In this document: piece after piece, positions 27,394 through 41,105 of the stretch
How the letters are laid out: every line of letters begins with the position of its first letter
Numbering within the stretch: position 1 is the first letter of the stretch
From: Eledone cirrhosa
Lineage: Eukaryota
Reading direction: 5' to 3'
DNA: 64,000 nt
Assembly (NCBI GenBank): GCA_964016885.1
Contig: OZ024753.1
Location: 10,850,001 to 10,914,000, forward strand
Made by a program: the position numbers and the translations under genes
Notes under the pieces: model-generated
The model's input: only the letters and a program-made list of their open reading frames with translations
The model's database searches: none
What the model was told of the DNA's origin: nothing

Positions 27394-27840
27394 TAATTGT
27401 TTCTAGTTTTGGCACAAGGCCAGCAATTATCCCAGTGCATTACTGGTACTTTATTTTATCGACCCCCGTAAGGATGAAAGGCAAAGAGTTAACCTCGGCG
27501 GGATTTGAACTCACACCATAAAGGGACGTAACTCAACGCTGAAAAGCATGGCGTCCGACCCTCTACCGATACTGCCAATCCACCTAGATAATGTAGTCTG
27601 GGTCAGTTATATAAAAGTTAAAAATGAAAAGCTGGTATAGACATTGCTTGAATAGATAATTGTTTCTAGTTTTGGCACCAGGCCAGCAATTATCCCAGTG
27701 CATTACTGGTACTTTATTTTATCGACCCCCGTAAGGATGAAAGGCAAAGTTAACCTCGGCGGGATTTGAGCTCAGATCATAAAGGGAGGTAACTCTATGC
27801 TTCAAAGCATGGCGCCCGACACTCTACCAATACTGCCAAT
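27394..27840 (-). mobile_element. Two SINE copies with short TSDs
   Basis: 27394-27583 flanked by ctagataat; 27657-27840 flanked by aatagataatt. Confidence 0.9.
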
Positions 27841-28124
27841 AGATAATTCTGCTTTATCAGGACATATTGACCTGAGAGAGAAGCCCTGTTCGGGTAGCTG
27901 ACCCACTTAAAATTATATTTGACCAGTGTAGGGTCAACTAGAACTAAAAGGGTTTATATGTAGTCACTCATGACAGATTCAGTTATAATACAATAGTAAT
28001 TCCCGCCGAGGTTAACTTTGCCTTTCATCCTTAAGGGGTCGATAAAATAAAGTACCAGTAATACACTGTGATAATGGCTGGCCTTGTGCCAACAGTAGAA
28101 ACAAATAATTATATAATATACATA

Positions 28125-28480
28125 TCAATCACTACTTCCTGACGGACAACTGACGCTGCACACCAGGTCTGAACACAGAAGAACCGAACTCCCACTGTCA
28201 TCACCTCCATCTCTCTCGCCCTCCCCATTTCTCTCTATTATGGACAAATGGGGTCCCACGTGCTGACCGCCCCACAGCTCCGGCGGACAGAATGGAGAAG
28301 GCGTTTCCCCGGAGGATGGTAAGGGAGATGCGATGGAAGGGCCATTCCATCTTCCGATGCTCACACCTGCGGCTAGCCAACTCAGCGCCTATGGTGGTAA
28401 GTAGGGAGGTAGCCCTAGGGCCAAGGACACCAGAAGTCTCCACAGCTAGGGGCTCGACTGCAAACCTGTCAGAGGTCGTC
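28125..28480 (-). mobile_element. CRE-clade non-LTR retrotransposon 3' fragment (restriction-like endonuclease C-terminus)
   Basis: Encodes FAVEPLAVETSGVLGPRATSLLTTIGAELA...WPFHRISLTILRGNAFSI, matching the P.AVET.G..G / R.S..I.RGNA pattern of CRE elements. Confidence 0.78.
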
Positions 28481-28529
28481 TTGCAAGAAATATAAACCAA
28501 TTCTATCTCAAATCACAGTCTATTGTCTT

Positions 28530-29503
28530 AGATAATGGTTTCTGATTTAGACAAAAGGTTAATAATTTTAAAGGAAAGGGGAAAGTCGATTAAATTCATT
28601 TATCGACCCCGTAAGGATGAAAGGCAAAACTAACTTCGGCGGGATTTGAACTCAGAACGTAATGGGACGTAACTATGCTGCAAAGCATGGTGACTGACGC
28701 TCTAACGGTTAATGTCAATCCACTGACCTTTTATCCGAAATATGATTTCTAGTATAGGCACAAGGCCAGTAATTTAGGGGAAGGTGAAAGACGATTAAAT
28801 CGACACCAGTGCGCGACTGGTACCTTATTTTATCGACCCCCGTAAGGATGAAAGGCAAAGCTAACCTCGGCGGGATTTGAACTCAGAACGTAAAGGGACG
28901 TAACTCTACGCTGAAAAGCATGGTGTCCAACTCTTTACCGATTTCTGTCAATCCACCGCCCTTTATCCGAAATACAATTGTTTCTACTATTGGCACAAGG
29001 CCAGCAATTAACCAGTGCATTACTGGTACTTTATTTTATCGACCCCGTAAGGATGAAAGGCAAAGTTAACCTCGGCGGGATTTGAACTCAGACAATAAAG
29101 GGCCGTAACTCTTTGCTTGCAAAGCATGGTGTCTGACCCTCTACCGATACTGCCAATCCACCGCTCATATATATATATAATAAGGATAAGAAATAATAAG
29201 AAATAATTGTTTTTACTTTAGGCACAAGACCAGCAATTACCCAGTGCATTACTGGTACTTTATTTTATCGACCCCGTAAGAATGAAAGGCAAAGTTAACC
29301 TCGACGGGATTTGAACCAATAATTGTTTCTACTTTAGGCACAAGGCCAACATTTACTCAGTACATTACTGGTACTTTATTTTATCGACCCCGTAAGGATG
29401 AAAGGCAAAGTTAACATTGGCGGGATTTGAACTCAGGCCGTAAAGGGACGTAACTTTGCTAGAAAACATGGTGTCCGACCCTCTACCGATACTGCCAATT
29501 CAC
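28530..29503 (-). mobile_element. Head-to-tail array of about five SINE copies
   Basis: Successive reverse-complement SINE bodies at ~28530, 28745, 28976, 29204 and 29320. Confidence 0.9.
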
Positions 29504-30104
29504 CAAATAATAAGTGACTCAAGTGACTATAGAGAGTTGAAGTAATAACAAAACTCGGGCAAGGCAAGATAATATTAACAGATCTAAATAAATATATATT
29601 CAAACATCATATTTTATAAATAATTGAGAAAGGGTTGAAATGGAGAGGAAATTTAATAGAATTATATTAGAACACCATGTGTCTACCTATCCCAGATTGA
29701 ACTGTTTCATAACCGGATGTCTGATCCCAGTATTTCAAAATTAAGTAGACCCAAAGGCCAGACAATAATTCTTACCCAAGGGTGTCCATCCTGTTTATTT
29801 ATGACAATTTTCTTTTTCCTATTTTTACTTTTTGGTTTTACTTCTTCCCGTATCTGGTTTCTTCCTCATTCAAAATCTAACTGGACTTCAACAGGCGTCT
29901 CATTTTTATATTTAATTTTCTTGCAGTTTGGTCCTAAGTACACCCTCATATCAAAGACTTTTATACGCTGATGTTCAAGATGTGACCATCCTGTCTTTTT
30001 TTCCCTATTCACAATATCTACGACTACATTAATTCGCCCTCGTGTCTTTCAGGGTGATTCGGCTGCTATTTCTACCACACAGCGTCACAAATTTTCTAAA
30101 TATC

Positions 30105-31195
30105 CTGATATTTTCTATATAGATGCGGCTACTGAAGGGTATGTGAAGCCAATATCTTTCTATATAGATTCTGCTACAGAGGGGTATGTGAAGCCAATAT
30201 CTTTCTATATAGATACTGCTACAGAAGGGAATGTGAAGCCAATATCTTTCTATATAGATGCTGCTACAGAAAGGAATGTGAAGCCAATCCTCTTTCTATA
30301 TAGATGCTGCTACAGAAGGGTATGTGAAGCCAATATCTTTCTACAGAGATGCTGCTACAGAAGGGTATGTGAAGCCAATATATTTCTATAGAGATGATGC
30401 TAGCAGAAGGGTATGTGAAGCCAATATCTTTCTATATAGATGCTGCTACAGAAGGGAATGTGAAGCCAATCCTCTTTCTATATAGATGCTGCTACAGAAG
30501 GGTATGTGAAGCCAATATCTTTCTATAGAGATGCTGCTACAGAAGGGTATGTGAAGCCAATATCTTTCTATATAGATGCTGCTACAGAAGGGAATGTGAA
30601 GCAATATCTTTCTATATAGATGCTGCTACAGAAGGGTATGTGAAGCCAATATCTTTCTAAAGAGATGCTGCTACAGAAGGGTATGTGAAGCCAATATCTT
30701 TCTATAGAGATGCTGCTACAGAAGGGTATGTGAAACCAATCCTCTTTCTATAGAGATGCTGCTACAGAAGGGTATGTGAAGCCAATATCTTTCTATATAG
30801 ATGCTGCTACAGAAGAGTATGTGAAGCCAATATCTTTCTATATAGATGCTGCTACAGAAGGGTATGTGAAGCCAATATCTTTCTATATAGATGCTGCTAC
30901 AGTAGGGTATGTGAAGCCAATATCTTTCTATAGAGATGCTGCTACAGAAGGGTATGTGAAGCCAATATCTTTCTATAGAGATGCTGCTACAGTAGGGTAT
31001 GTGAAGCCAATATCTTTCTATATAGATGTTGCTACAGAAGGGTATGTGAAGCCAATATCTTTCTACATATATGTTGCTACAGAAGGGTATGTGAAGCCAA
31101 TATCTTTCTACATAGATGCTGCTACAGTGGGTATGTGAAGTCAATATCTTTCTACATAGACGCTGCTAGCAGAAGGGAATGTGAAGCCAATCCTG
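30105..31195. repeat. 45-bp minisatellite, ~24 copies
   Basis: Unit gaagggtatgtgaagccaatatctttctatatagatgctgctaca. Confidence 0.96.
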
Positions 31196-31482
31196 TTAGA
31201 AGATTTGGTAATGAGGAAGTAAGTTACAGACATCCACTATAGCGTGACGCACGAAATATTGCGTGTTCTTTGTTATTTCTAAATTGGGTACGATAATAGA
31301 TCTGTGTGTGTGTGTGTGTGTCTGTGTGTGTCTGTGTGTGTCTGTGTGTGTCTGTGTGTGTCTGTGTGTGTGTGTGTGTGTGTATGTGTGTGTCTGTGTG
31401 TGTGTCTGTGTGTGTCTGTGTGTGTGTCTGTGTGTGTGTGTGTGTGTGTGTATATATCTGTATGTATGTGTGTGTGTGTATA

Positions 31483-31530
<48 letters not shown>

Positions 31531-31618
31531 TGTGTGTGTGTCTGTGTGTGTATGTGTGTGTGTGTCTGTGTGTGTGTGTGTGTGTCTGTGTCTGTGTGTG
31601 TGTGTATATCTGTATGTA

Positions 31619-31663
<45 letters not shown>

Positions 31664-32565
31664 CTGTGTGTGTGTGTGTCTGTGTGTGTGTGTGTCTGTG
31701 TGTCTGTGTCTGTGTGTGTGTGTGTGTGTGTGTTGTCACACTGAGTGTATATATATATGTGTGTTGTCATACTGAGTATATATGCGTGTGAGAGGAATTT
31801 TAGATGAGACTGGTAAACAAAATAATTGTTTCAGAAGGGTATGTGAAACCAATCCTCTTTCTATAGAGATGCTGCTACAGAAGGGTATGTGAAGCCAATA
31901 TCTTTCTATATAGATGCTGCTACAGAAGAGTATGTGAAGCCAATATCTTTCTATATAGATGCTGCTACAGAAGGGTATGTGAAGCCAATATCTTTCTATA
32001 TAGATGCTGCTACAGTAGGGTATGTGAAGCCAATATCTTTCTATAGAGATGCTGCTACAGAAGGGTATGTGAAGCCAATATCTTTCTATAGAGATGCTGC
32101 TACAGTAGGGTATGTGAAGCCAATATCTTTCTATATAGATGTTGCTACAGAAGGGTATGTGAAGCCAATATCTTTCTACATATATGTTGCTACAGAAGGG
32201 TATGTGAAGCCAATATCTTTCTACATAGATGCTGCTACAGTGGGTATGTGAAGTCAATATCTTTCTACATAGACGCTGCTAGCAGAAGGGAATGTGAAGC
32301 CAATCCTGTTAGAAGATTTGGTAATGAGGAAGTAAGTTACAGACATCCACTATAGCGTGACGCACGAAATATTGCGTGTTCTTTGTTATTTCTAAATTGG
32401 GTACGATAATAGATCTGTGTGTGTGTGTGTGTGTCTGTGTGTGTCTGTGTGTGTGTGTGTGTGTGTATGTGTGTGTCTGTGTGTGTGTCTGTGTGTGTCT
32501 GTGTGTGTGTCTGTGTGTGTGTGTGTGTGTGTGTATATATCTGTATGTATGTGTGTGTGTGTATA

Positions 32566-32609
<44 letters not shown>

Positions 32610-32695
32610 TGTGTGTGTCTGTGTGTGTATGTGTGTGTGTGTCTGTGTGTGTGTGTGTGTGTCTGTGTCTGTGTGTGTGTGTATATCTGTATGTA

Positions 32696-32732
<37 letters not shown>

Positions 32733-32901
32733 CTGTGTGTGTGTGTGTCTGTGTGTGTGTGTGTCTGTGTGTCTGTGTCTGTGTGTGTGTGTGTGTGTGT
32801 GTTGTCACACTGAGTGTATATATATATGTGTGTTGTCATACTGAGTATATATGCGTGTGAGAGGAATTTTAGATGAGACTGGTAAACAAAATAATTGTTT
32901 C
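30720..32901. repeat. ~1.1-kb tandem duplication (30720-31832 / 31833-32901)
   Basis: Same order of minisatellite variants, unique spacer and TG tract at an offset of 1113 bp. Confidence 0.93.
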
Positions 32902-34395
32902 TACTTTTTTGGCACAAGGCCAGCAATTATCCCAGTACATTACTGGTACTTTATTTTATAGACCCCGTAAGGATGAAAGGCAAAGTTAACCTCGGCGGGA
33001 TTTGAACTCAGACCACAAAGGGCCATAACTCTTTGCTGCAAAGCATGGCGTCCGACCCTCTACCGATACTGCCAATAAACAAAATAATATTGAGATGATA
33101 GAAAAATTGATAAACAAATGACAGACAGACAGACAGACAAACAGATAGAAAGACAGACAAACAGATAGAAAGACAGACAGACAACAGATAGACAGACAAA
33201 CAGATAGACAGACAGACAGACAGACAAACAGATAGACAGACAGACAAACAGTCATACGAACAGACAGACGAAGTCAGGCGAACAGACAGACAAGGGGATG
33301 AACGGAATAGATGTCAAGGAAAGGTACAACTGACAGACACACGAACTGACGTACAGAGACAGACAGACAGAGAGATGAACAGACAGACAGACAGATGAAC
33401 AGACGTACAGGGACAGACAGATGAACAGACGTACAGGGACAGACAGACAGACGTACACAGACAGACACAGACAAACATTTGGAGAAGAAAGACGGAAAAG
33501 TCAGATGAAATAATATAATTGTTTCTACTTTTTGACACAAGGCCAGCAATTATCCCAGTGCATTACTGGTACTTTATTTTATCGACCTCGTAAGGATGAA
33601 AGGCAACGTTAACCTTGGCGGGATTTGAACTGTGACCATAAAGGGCCGTAACTCTATGCTGCAAAGCATGGCGTCCGACTCTACCGATACTGCCAAATAA
33701 TATAATATGACAAAAAAACAGATCGAAGTTGAAAGACAAGTTAAAAATTTCATTGAGGGTCATTTCAGTATCTTGAAATATCTATATTGTATACCCTCAG
33801 GTTTGTATAATGATTGCTTATACCATAGGCACAAGGCCAGCAATTACCCCAGTACATTACTGGTACTTTATTTTATTGACCCCCCGTAAATGATGAAAGG
33901 CAAAGTTAACCTCGCCAGGATTTGAAATCAGAACGCAAAGGGCCGTAACTCTATGCTGCAAAGCATGTCGTCCGACCCTCTACCGATACTGCCAATCCAC
34001 TGCAACATTCCATGTAATAATTGTTTCTACTATTGGCACAAGGCCAGCAATTACCCCAGTACATTACTGGTACTTTATTTTATTGACCCCCCGTAAATGA
34101 TGAAAGGCAAAGTTAACCTCGCCAGGATTTGAACTCAGAACGTAAAGGGCCGTAACTATGACACAAAGCATGGCGTCCGACGCTCTACCGGTTCTGTCAA
34201 TTCACTGCCCTTTGATAATATAATTGTTTCTACTTTTGGAACAAGGTCAGCAATTATACCAGTGTATTACTGGTACTTTATTCTATTGACCCCCGTAAGG
34301 ATGAAAAGCAAAGTTAACCTTGGCGGGATTTAACCTGAGAACGTAAAGGGCCATAACTATATGCTGCAAAGCATATAGTTATGACCCTCTATCGA
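32892..34395 (-). mobile_element. SINE cluster (five copies) interleaved with a (GACA)n tract
   Basis: Copies at ~32892, 33516, 33820, 34018 and 34221. Confidence 0.9.
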
Positions 34396-34675
34396 CACTT
34401 CGTATAGTAATAATACACACACACACACTCACATATACACACACACGGTTATCTCGGGTCTTGAATAATGGTCTCCACCCCTGCTTATTAATTTTTCAGA
34501 GATTTTGCAACATTTCCACTCTTATTCCACCTTCACCAGCCACTTATAAATGTTGCTAATCTATCTCCAGCGAAGTTTTATTTTAAGTAGTAGCATTCCT
34601 GCGACACTTAATTTTCTTTATACATTAAAAAACATTATACATGATGAAAATAGTACATTATTACTAGATATAGAG

Positions 34676-34866
34676 GGCGGTGGATTGGCAGTATCGGTAG
34701 AGGGTTGGACGCCATGCTTTTACGCATAGAGTTACGCCCTTTGCCATTCTGAGTTCAAATCCCGCCGAGGTTAACTTTGCCTTTCATCCTTACGGGGTCG
34801 ATTAAATAAAGTACCAGTAATGCACTGAGTAATTACTGGCCTTGTGCCAAAAGTAGAAACAATTAT
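34676..34866 (+). mobile_element. Full-length young SINE with a 15-bp TSD
   Basis: attattactagatat on both sides. Confidence 0.92.
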
Positions 34867-35130
34867 TACTAGATATCCCATACATTATAAAATAAATAGA
34901 ATGGATTGGAAGTTTCAATATGTAAACTAAATGACTAATTCTGGTTTTTAAAAAACTCAACGGAGACAACCTAGAAAAACTAGCGATTGTGTAGCGACCC
35001 TTTTATTCTAAATCCCTAATATTTGGGATCCGAGAGTATACTAATTTGTCAGAATTCATTTAAGTTTGAAGTGATTTTCGATATATATATATATAAACAT
35101 AACCTTATACACATATATATATACACATAG

Positions 35131-35322
35131 TCTTAGACTCTTCTACGCCGTTCGGCGCATCGAGCAGTAAAGTACTCGCCAACGGTCACGATCAACGGCA
35201 ACTTTTTCGAGACCGTACCAGATGATGTTGGGTGCCATCAGGTCCTTCCGGAACGTTCGTCGCCAGGTGATCCTTGGGCAACCCCGCCCCCGTTTACCGC
35301 CAGGCGGAGTCCAGTTCATCGC
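35131..35322 (-). mobile_element. RTE-clade LINE 3' end (second family) inside (TA)n
   Basis: Encodes AMNWTPPGGKRGRGCPRITWRRTFRKDL...AVDRDRWRVL. Confidence 0.82.
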
Positions 35323-35487
35323 ATATATATATATATATATATATATATAAGCACTTGTATATTTATTATATATTTCCTAGCAGTTCCTATTCAGTGGAAT
35401 GTCAGTCCAGATTCTGATGTGAACACATATTATACCGGCTTTGTTTATTTATTTTCTGAACGGCCAATCTGATATAACAGCGCAACA

Positions 35488-38160
35488 ATGGAGACATTTC
35501 TAAACATATACATAGTGTCTGTGTGTAATGGAGAAATATCTAGATATACACACATAGTGTCTGTGTGTAATGGAGAAATATGTATCTATACACACATAGT
35601 GTCTGTGTGTAATGGAGAAATATCTATCTATACACACATAGTGTGTGTGTAATGGAGAAATATGTATCTATACACACATAGTGTCTCTGTGTAATGGAGA
35701 AATATCTATCTATACACACATAGTGTCTGTGTGTAATGGAGAAATATCTATCTATACACACATAGTGTCTGTGTGTAATAGAGAAATATGTATCTATACA
35801 CACATAGTGTCTGTGTGTAATGGACAAATATCTATCTATACACACATAGTGTCTGTGTGTAATGGAGAAATATCTATCTATACACACATAGTGTCTCTGT
35901 GTAATGGAGAAATATCTATCTATACACACATAGTGTCTGTGTGTAATGGAGAAATATGTATCTATACACACACAGTGTCTGTGTGTAATGGAGAAATATC
36001 TATCTATACACACATAGTGTCTGTGTGTAATGGAGAAATATGTATCTATACACACATAGTGTCTCTGTGTAATGGAGAAATATGTATCTATACACACATA
36101 GTGTCTGTGTGTAATGGAGAAATATCTATCTATACACACATAGTGTCTGTGTGTAATGGAGAAACATCTATCTATACACACATAGTGTCTGTGTGTAATG
36201 GAGAAATATCTATCTATACACACACAGTGTCTGTGTGTAATGGAGAAATATGTATCTATACACACATAGTGTCTGTGTGTAATGGAGAAATATGTATCTA
36301 TACACACATAGTGTCTCTGTGTAATGGAGAAACATCTATCTATACACACATAGTGTCTGTGTGTAATGGAGAAATATCTATCTATACACACATAGTGTCT
36401 GTGTGTAATGGAGAAATATCTATCTATACACACATAGTGTCTGTGTGTAATGGAGAAATATCTAGATATACACACATAGTGTCTGTGTGTAATGGAGAAA
36501 TATGTATCTATACACACATAGTGTCTGTGTGTAATGGAGAAATATGTATCTATACACACACAGTGTCTCTGTGTAATGGAGAAATATCTATCTATACACA
36601 CATAGTGTCTGTGTGTAATGGAGAAATATGTATCTATACACACACAGTGTCTGTGTGTAATGGAGAAATATCTAGATATACACACACAGTGTCTGTGTGT
36701 AATGGAGAAATATCTAGATATACACACATAGTGTCTGTGTGTAATGGAGAAATATCTATCTATACACACATAGTGTCTGTGTGTAATGGAGAAATATCTA
36801 GATATACACACACAGTGTCTGTGTGTAATGGAGAAATATGTATCTATACACACATAGTGTCTGTGTGTAATGGAGAAATATCTAGATATACACACATAGT
36901 GTCTGTGTGTAATGGAGAAATATCTATCTATACACACATAGTGTCTGTGTGTAATGGAGAAATATCTAGATATACACACATAGTGTCTGTGTGTAATGGA
37001 GAAATATGTATCTATACACACACAGTGTCTCTGTGTAATGGAGAAATATCTATCTATACACACATAGTGTCTGTGTGTAATGGAGAAATATCTAGATATA
37101 CACACATAGTGTCTGTGTGTAATGGAGAAATATGTATCTATACACACATAGTGTCTCTGTGTAATGGAGAAATATGTATCTATACACACACAGTGTCTCT
37201 GTGTAATGGAGAAATATCTAGATATACACACATAGTGTCTGTGTGTAATGGAGAAATATCTAGATATACACACATAGTGTCTGTGTGTAATGGAGAAATA
37301 TCTATCTATACACACATAGTGTCTGTGTGTAATGGAGAAATATCTAGATATACACACATAATGTCTGTGTGTAATGGAGAAATATCTATCTATACACACA
37401 TAGTGTCTGTGTGTAATGGAGAAATATGTATCTATACACACATAGTGTCTGTGTGTAATGGAGAAATATGTATCTATACACACATAGTGTCTGTGTGTAA
37501 TGGAGAAATATCTATCTATACACACACAGTGTCTGTGTGTAATGGAGAAATATGTATCTATACACACATAGTGTCTGTGTGTAATGGAGAAATATCTATC
37601 TATACACACATAGTTTCTCTGTAATGGAGAAATATCTCCATAGTTTCCCTCTGTAATATCTAGATACATATTTTCTCTGTGTAATATCTAGATACACACA
37701 CACATAGTTTCTCTGTGTAATGGAGAAATATGTATCTATACCCACATAGTGTCTCTGTGTAATGGAGAAATGTCTATCTATACACACATAGTTTCTCTGT
37801 GTAATATCTAGATACACACACATACACATAGTTTCTGTGTAATATCAAGATATACAAACATATTTTCTCTGTGTAATGTAGAAATGTCTAGATATATACA
37901 CACATATTTTCTGTGTACATGTCTAAATATACATACACATTTTCTGTGTGCATGTCTAAATATACACACATATTTTCTCTGTGTAATGAAGAAATGTCTA
38001 GATATATACACATATTTTCTGTGTGTATGTCTAAATATACACACATGTTCTGTGTGCATGTCTAAATATACACACATATTTTCTCTGTGCATGTCAAGAT
38101 GTACACACACATTTTCTGTGTGCATGTCTAGATACACACACAAATATTTTCTCTGCATGC
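35488..38160. repeat. 42-bp minisatellite (~50 homogeneous copies to ~37620, then a degenerate tail)
   Basis: Unit gtgtgtaatggagaaatatctatctatacacacatagtgtct; the 659-aa and 681-aa ORFs are its translation. Confidence 0.97.
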
Positions 38161-38339
38161 ATTGCAAATGGCGGAGTCGGCATTTAAATGTCTAGACAGT
38201 CTAGACAGACGGATACAGAGAAAGAAAATGGCTGAATCTATTTTATTTTGTTTTTGGTATCTTTTTCGTCTAGCACGAACCGGCGAATCGGGGGATGAGT
38301 GCTATAAGCTTTGTGTTAATGGTTGAGGCTGTTATAGTA

Positions 38340-39215
38340 AGGATGGTGGTAGTAGTAGTGTTGATGGTGGTAGTAGTAGTGTTGATGGCGTTCGTAGTAG
38401 TGGTGGTGGTAGTGGTAGTGTTGATGGCGTTTGTAGTGGTGGTGATGGTGGTGGTAGTGTTGATGGCGTTCGTAGTGGTGGTAGTGGTGGTAGTAGTGTT
38501 GATGGCGTTCGTAGTGGTGGTGGTGGTGGTAGTGTTGGTGGCGGTAGTAGTGTTGATGGCGTTCGTAGTGGTGGTGGTGGTGGTAGTAGTGTTGATGGCG
38601 TTCGTAGTGGTAGTGTTGATGGCGTTTGTAGTGGTGGTGGTGGTGGTGGTAGTGTTGATGGCGTTCGTAGTGGTGGTAGTGGTGGTAGTAGTGTTGATGG
38701 CGTTCGTAGTGGTGGTGGTGGTGGTAGTAGTGTTGATGGCGTTCGTAGTGGTAGTGTTGATGGCGTTTGTAGTGGTGGTGGTGGTGGTGGTAGTGTTGAT
38801 GGCGTTCGTAGTGGTGGTAGTGGTGGTAGTAGTGTTGATGGCGTTCGTAGTGGTGGTGGTGGTAGTAGTGTTGATGGCGTTCGTAGTGGTAGTGTTGATG
38901 GCGTTTGTAGTGGTGGTGGTAGTGTTGATGGCGTTCGTAGTGGTGGTAGTGGTGGTAGTAGTGTTGATGGCGTTCGTAGTGGTGGTGGTGGTGGTGGTAG
39001 TAGTGTTGATGGCGTTCGTAGTGGTGGTGGTGGTGGTGGTGGTAGTAGTGTTGATGGCGTTTGTAGTGGAGGTGGTGGTGGAAATGGTAGGGGAGGTGGT
39101 TGTGTTGATGGTGTTCGTAGTGGAGGTGGTAGTGGCGGAGGTCATCGTATAAGGTGATGGTGGAGTGGAGGTGGTGGTGGCGGAGGTCATCGTATAAGGT
39201 GATGGTGGAGACAAG
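38340..39215. repeat. Variable-length minisatellite gtgttgatggcgttcgta(gtg)n
   Basis: Direct reading. Confidence 0.93.
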
Positions 39216-39726
39216 GTGGTTTTATATGTATATATAAATTCTTTGATTTTATTTGTAAATGGTGGTGAGAGGGGAACAATAGTTGGAAGATACAGGCGGA
39301 AAAGGGGGAGATTGGAGAGAGAGAGAGAGAGAGAGAGAGGAAGAGAGAGAGGAAGAGAGAGAGTGGAAGAGAGAGAGAGTGGAAGAGAGAGAGAGAGAGT
39401 GGAAGTGGAAGAGAGAGAGAGAGAGTGGAAGTGGGAGAGAGAGTGGAAGTGGGAGAGAGAGAGAGAGAGATAGAGGGAGAATGATAGGGAAGGAGAGAAT
39501 AAATTGTGAAACTAAAAGATGGAGAATGTAATATTTGGGTTGGGGCGGGGAAGAAATTTGAGGACATTATGTAGAGAGAGGGAGAGAGAGGAGAGAGAGA
39601 GAGAAGATAATAGAGAGAGGGAGAAATAGAAAGGATGAGGAAACAGAATTGGTGTAGGAGAAAGAGAGAAGGGGGTCAGAAGAAAACAGTGAGAGTGAAA
39701 GACAGAAAGGAAAAGGACACGGAATT

Positions 39727-39800
<74 letters not shown>

Positions 39801-40166
39801 CGGTGAATAGACAGGCAAACTGGGGATAGATTTAATGTGTCAGCTCTCATTTGAAGAAAATGGCGGAAGGAATCGAATGGAGGAAAAGGATAGGGAAGAA
39901 GATGGGAAAGAAACGGAAGAAAACAATGAAAGGAAGGAGAAAATGATGGAGTCGAAGGCGAGGAAGGTGAAGACAAAAAAGGTGAAGATGAAGAAACAGA
40001 AGGCGGCGAAGGCGAAGAAGCAGAAGGCGACGGCGGCGAAGAAGCAGAAGGCGACGGCGGCGAAGGCGAAGAAGCAGAAGGCGGTGAAGCAGAAGGCGAC
40101 GGCGGTGAAGGCGAAGAAGCAGAAGGCGACGGTGGCGAAGGCGAAGAAGCAAAAGGTGACGGTGAA

Positions 40167-40206
<40 letters not shown>

Positions 40207-40487
40207 AAGAGGAATGCCAAGACTGAACACAATTGAAGAATGAAGGAAATTAGTGAAGAATGAAAACGATAAGTGTCCAACGAAGATAGAATGAAAATGA
40301 CTCACGAAGGAAGAACATTGAAGAATAAACATGAACAAAGAAGTAAACGTTCTGTCCGGATTGTGTAAAGACATTGTGTATCTAGGACTACATTATCTAA
40401 TGTGTCACTTTTATAAAAGACAACTTGGTTATGATTTTAGTGTTTGGAATGATAGATAAAATGGCGGCTCTTTCGTTGGTTTGTTTC

Positions 40488-40582
40488 AGTAGTGGTGGTA
40501 GTAGTAGTACTGGTGGTGGTAGTAGTAGTAGAAGTAGTGGAAGTAGTGGTTGTGGAGGTAGTGGTGATAGTAGTAGTAGTAC

Positions 40583-40621
<39 letters not shown>

Positions 40622-41105
40622 CAGCAGTAGTAGCAGCAGCAGTCGTAATAGTAGTAGTAGCAGTAGCAGCAGTAGCAGTAGTAGTAGTAGCAGCAGTAGT
40701 AGCAGCAGTAGTAGCAGCAGTAGCAGTAGTAGCAGTAGCAGTAGTAGTAGTAGCAGCAGTAGTAGTAGCAGTAGTAGTAGTAGTAGCAGTAGCAGTAGTA
40801 GCAGTAGTAGTAGTAGCAGTAGTAGCAGTAGTAGCAGTAGCAGCAGTAGTAGTAGTAGCAGTAGCAGCAGTAGTAGTAGTAGTAGCAGTAGTAGCAGCAG
40901 CAGTAGTAGCAGTAGCAGTAGTAGTACAGTAGTAGTAGTAGCAGCAGTAGTAGTAGCAGTAGTAGTAGTAGTAGTAGTAGCAGCAGTAGTAGCAGTAGCA
41001 GCAGTAGTAGTAGTAACAGTAGCAGCAGTAGTAGCAGTAGTAGCAGGAGCAGCAGTAGTAGTAGTAGCACTAGCAGGAGCAGTAGTAGTAGTAGCAGTAG
41101 TAGTT
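40488..41105. repeat. (TAG)/(CAG) trinucleotide tract
   Basis: Direct reading. Confidence 0.96.

Noticed and set aside
35624-37669. 659-aa and 681-aa ORFs on opposite strands
   Set aside because: Translation of a 42-bp minisatellite (a multiple of 3, stop-free by chance); no non-repetitive domain.
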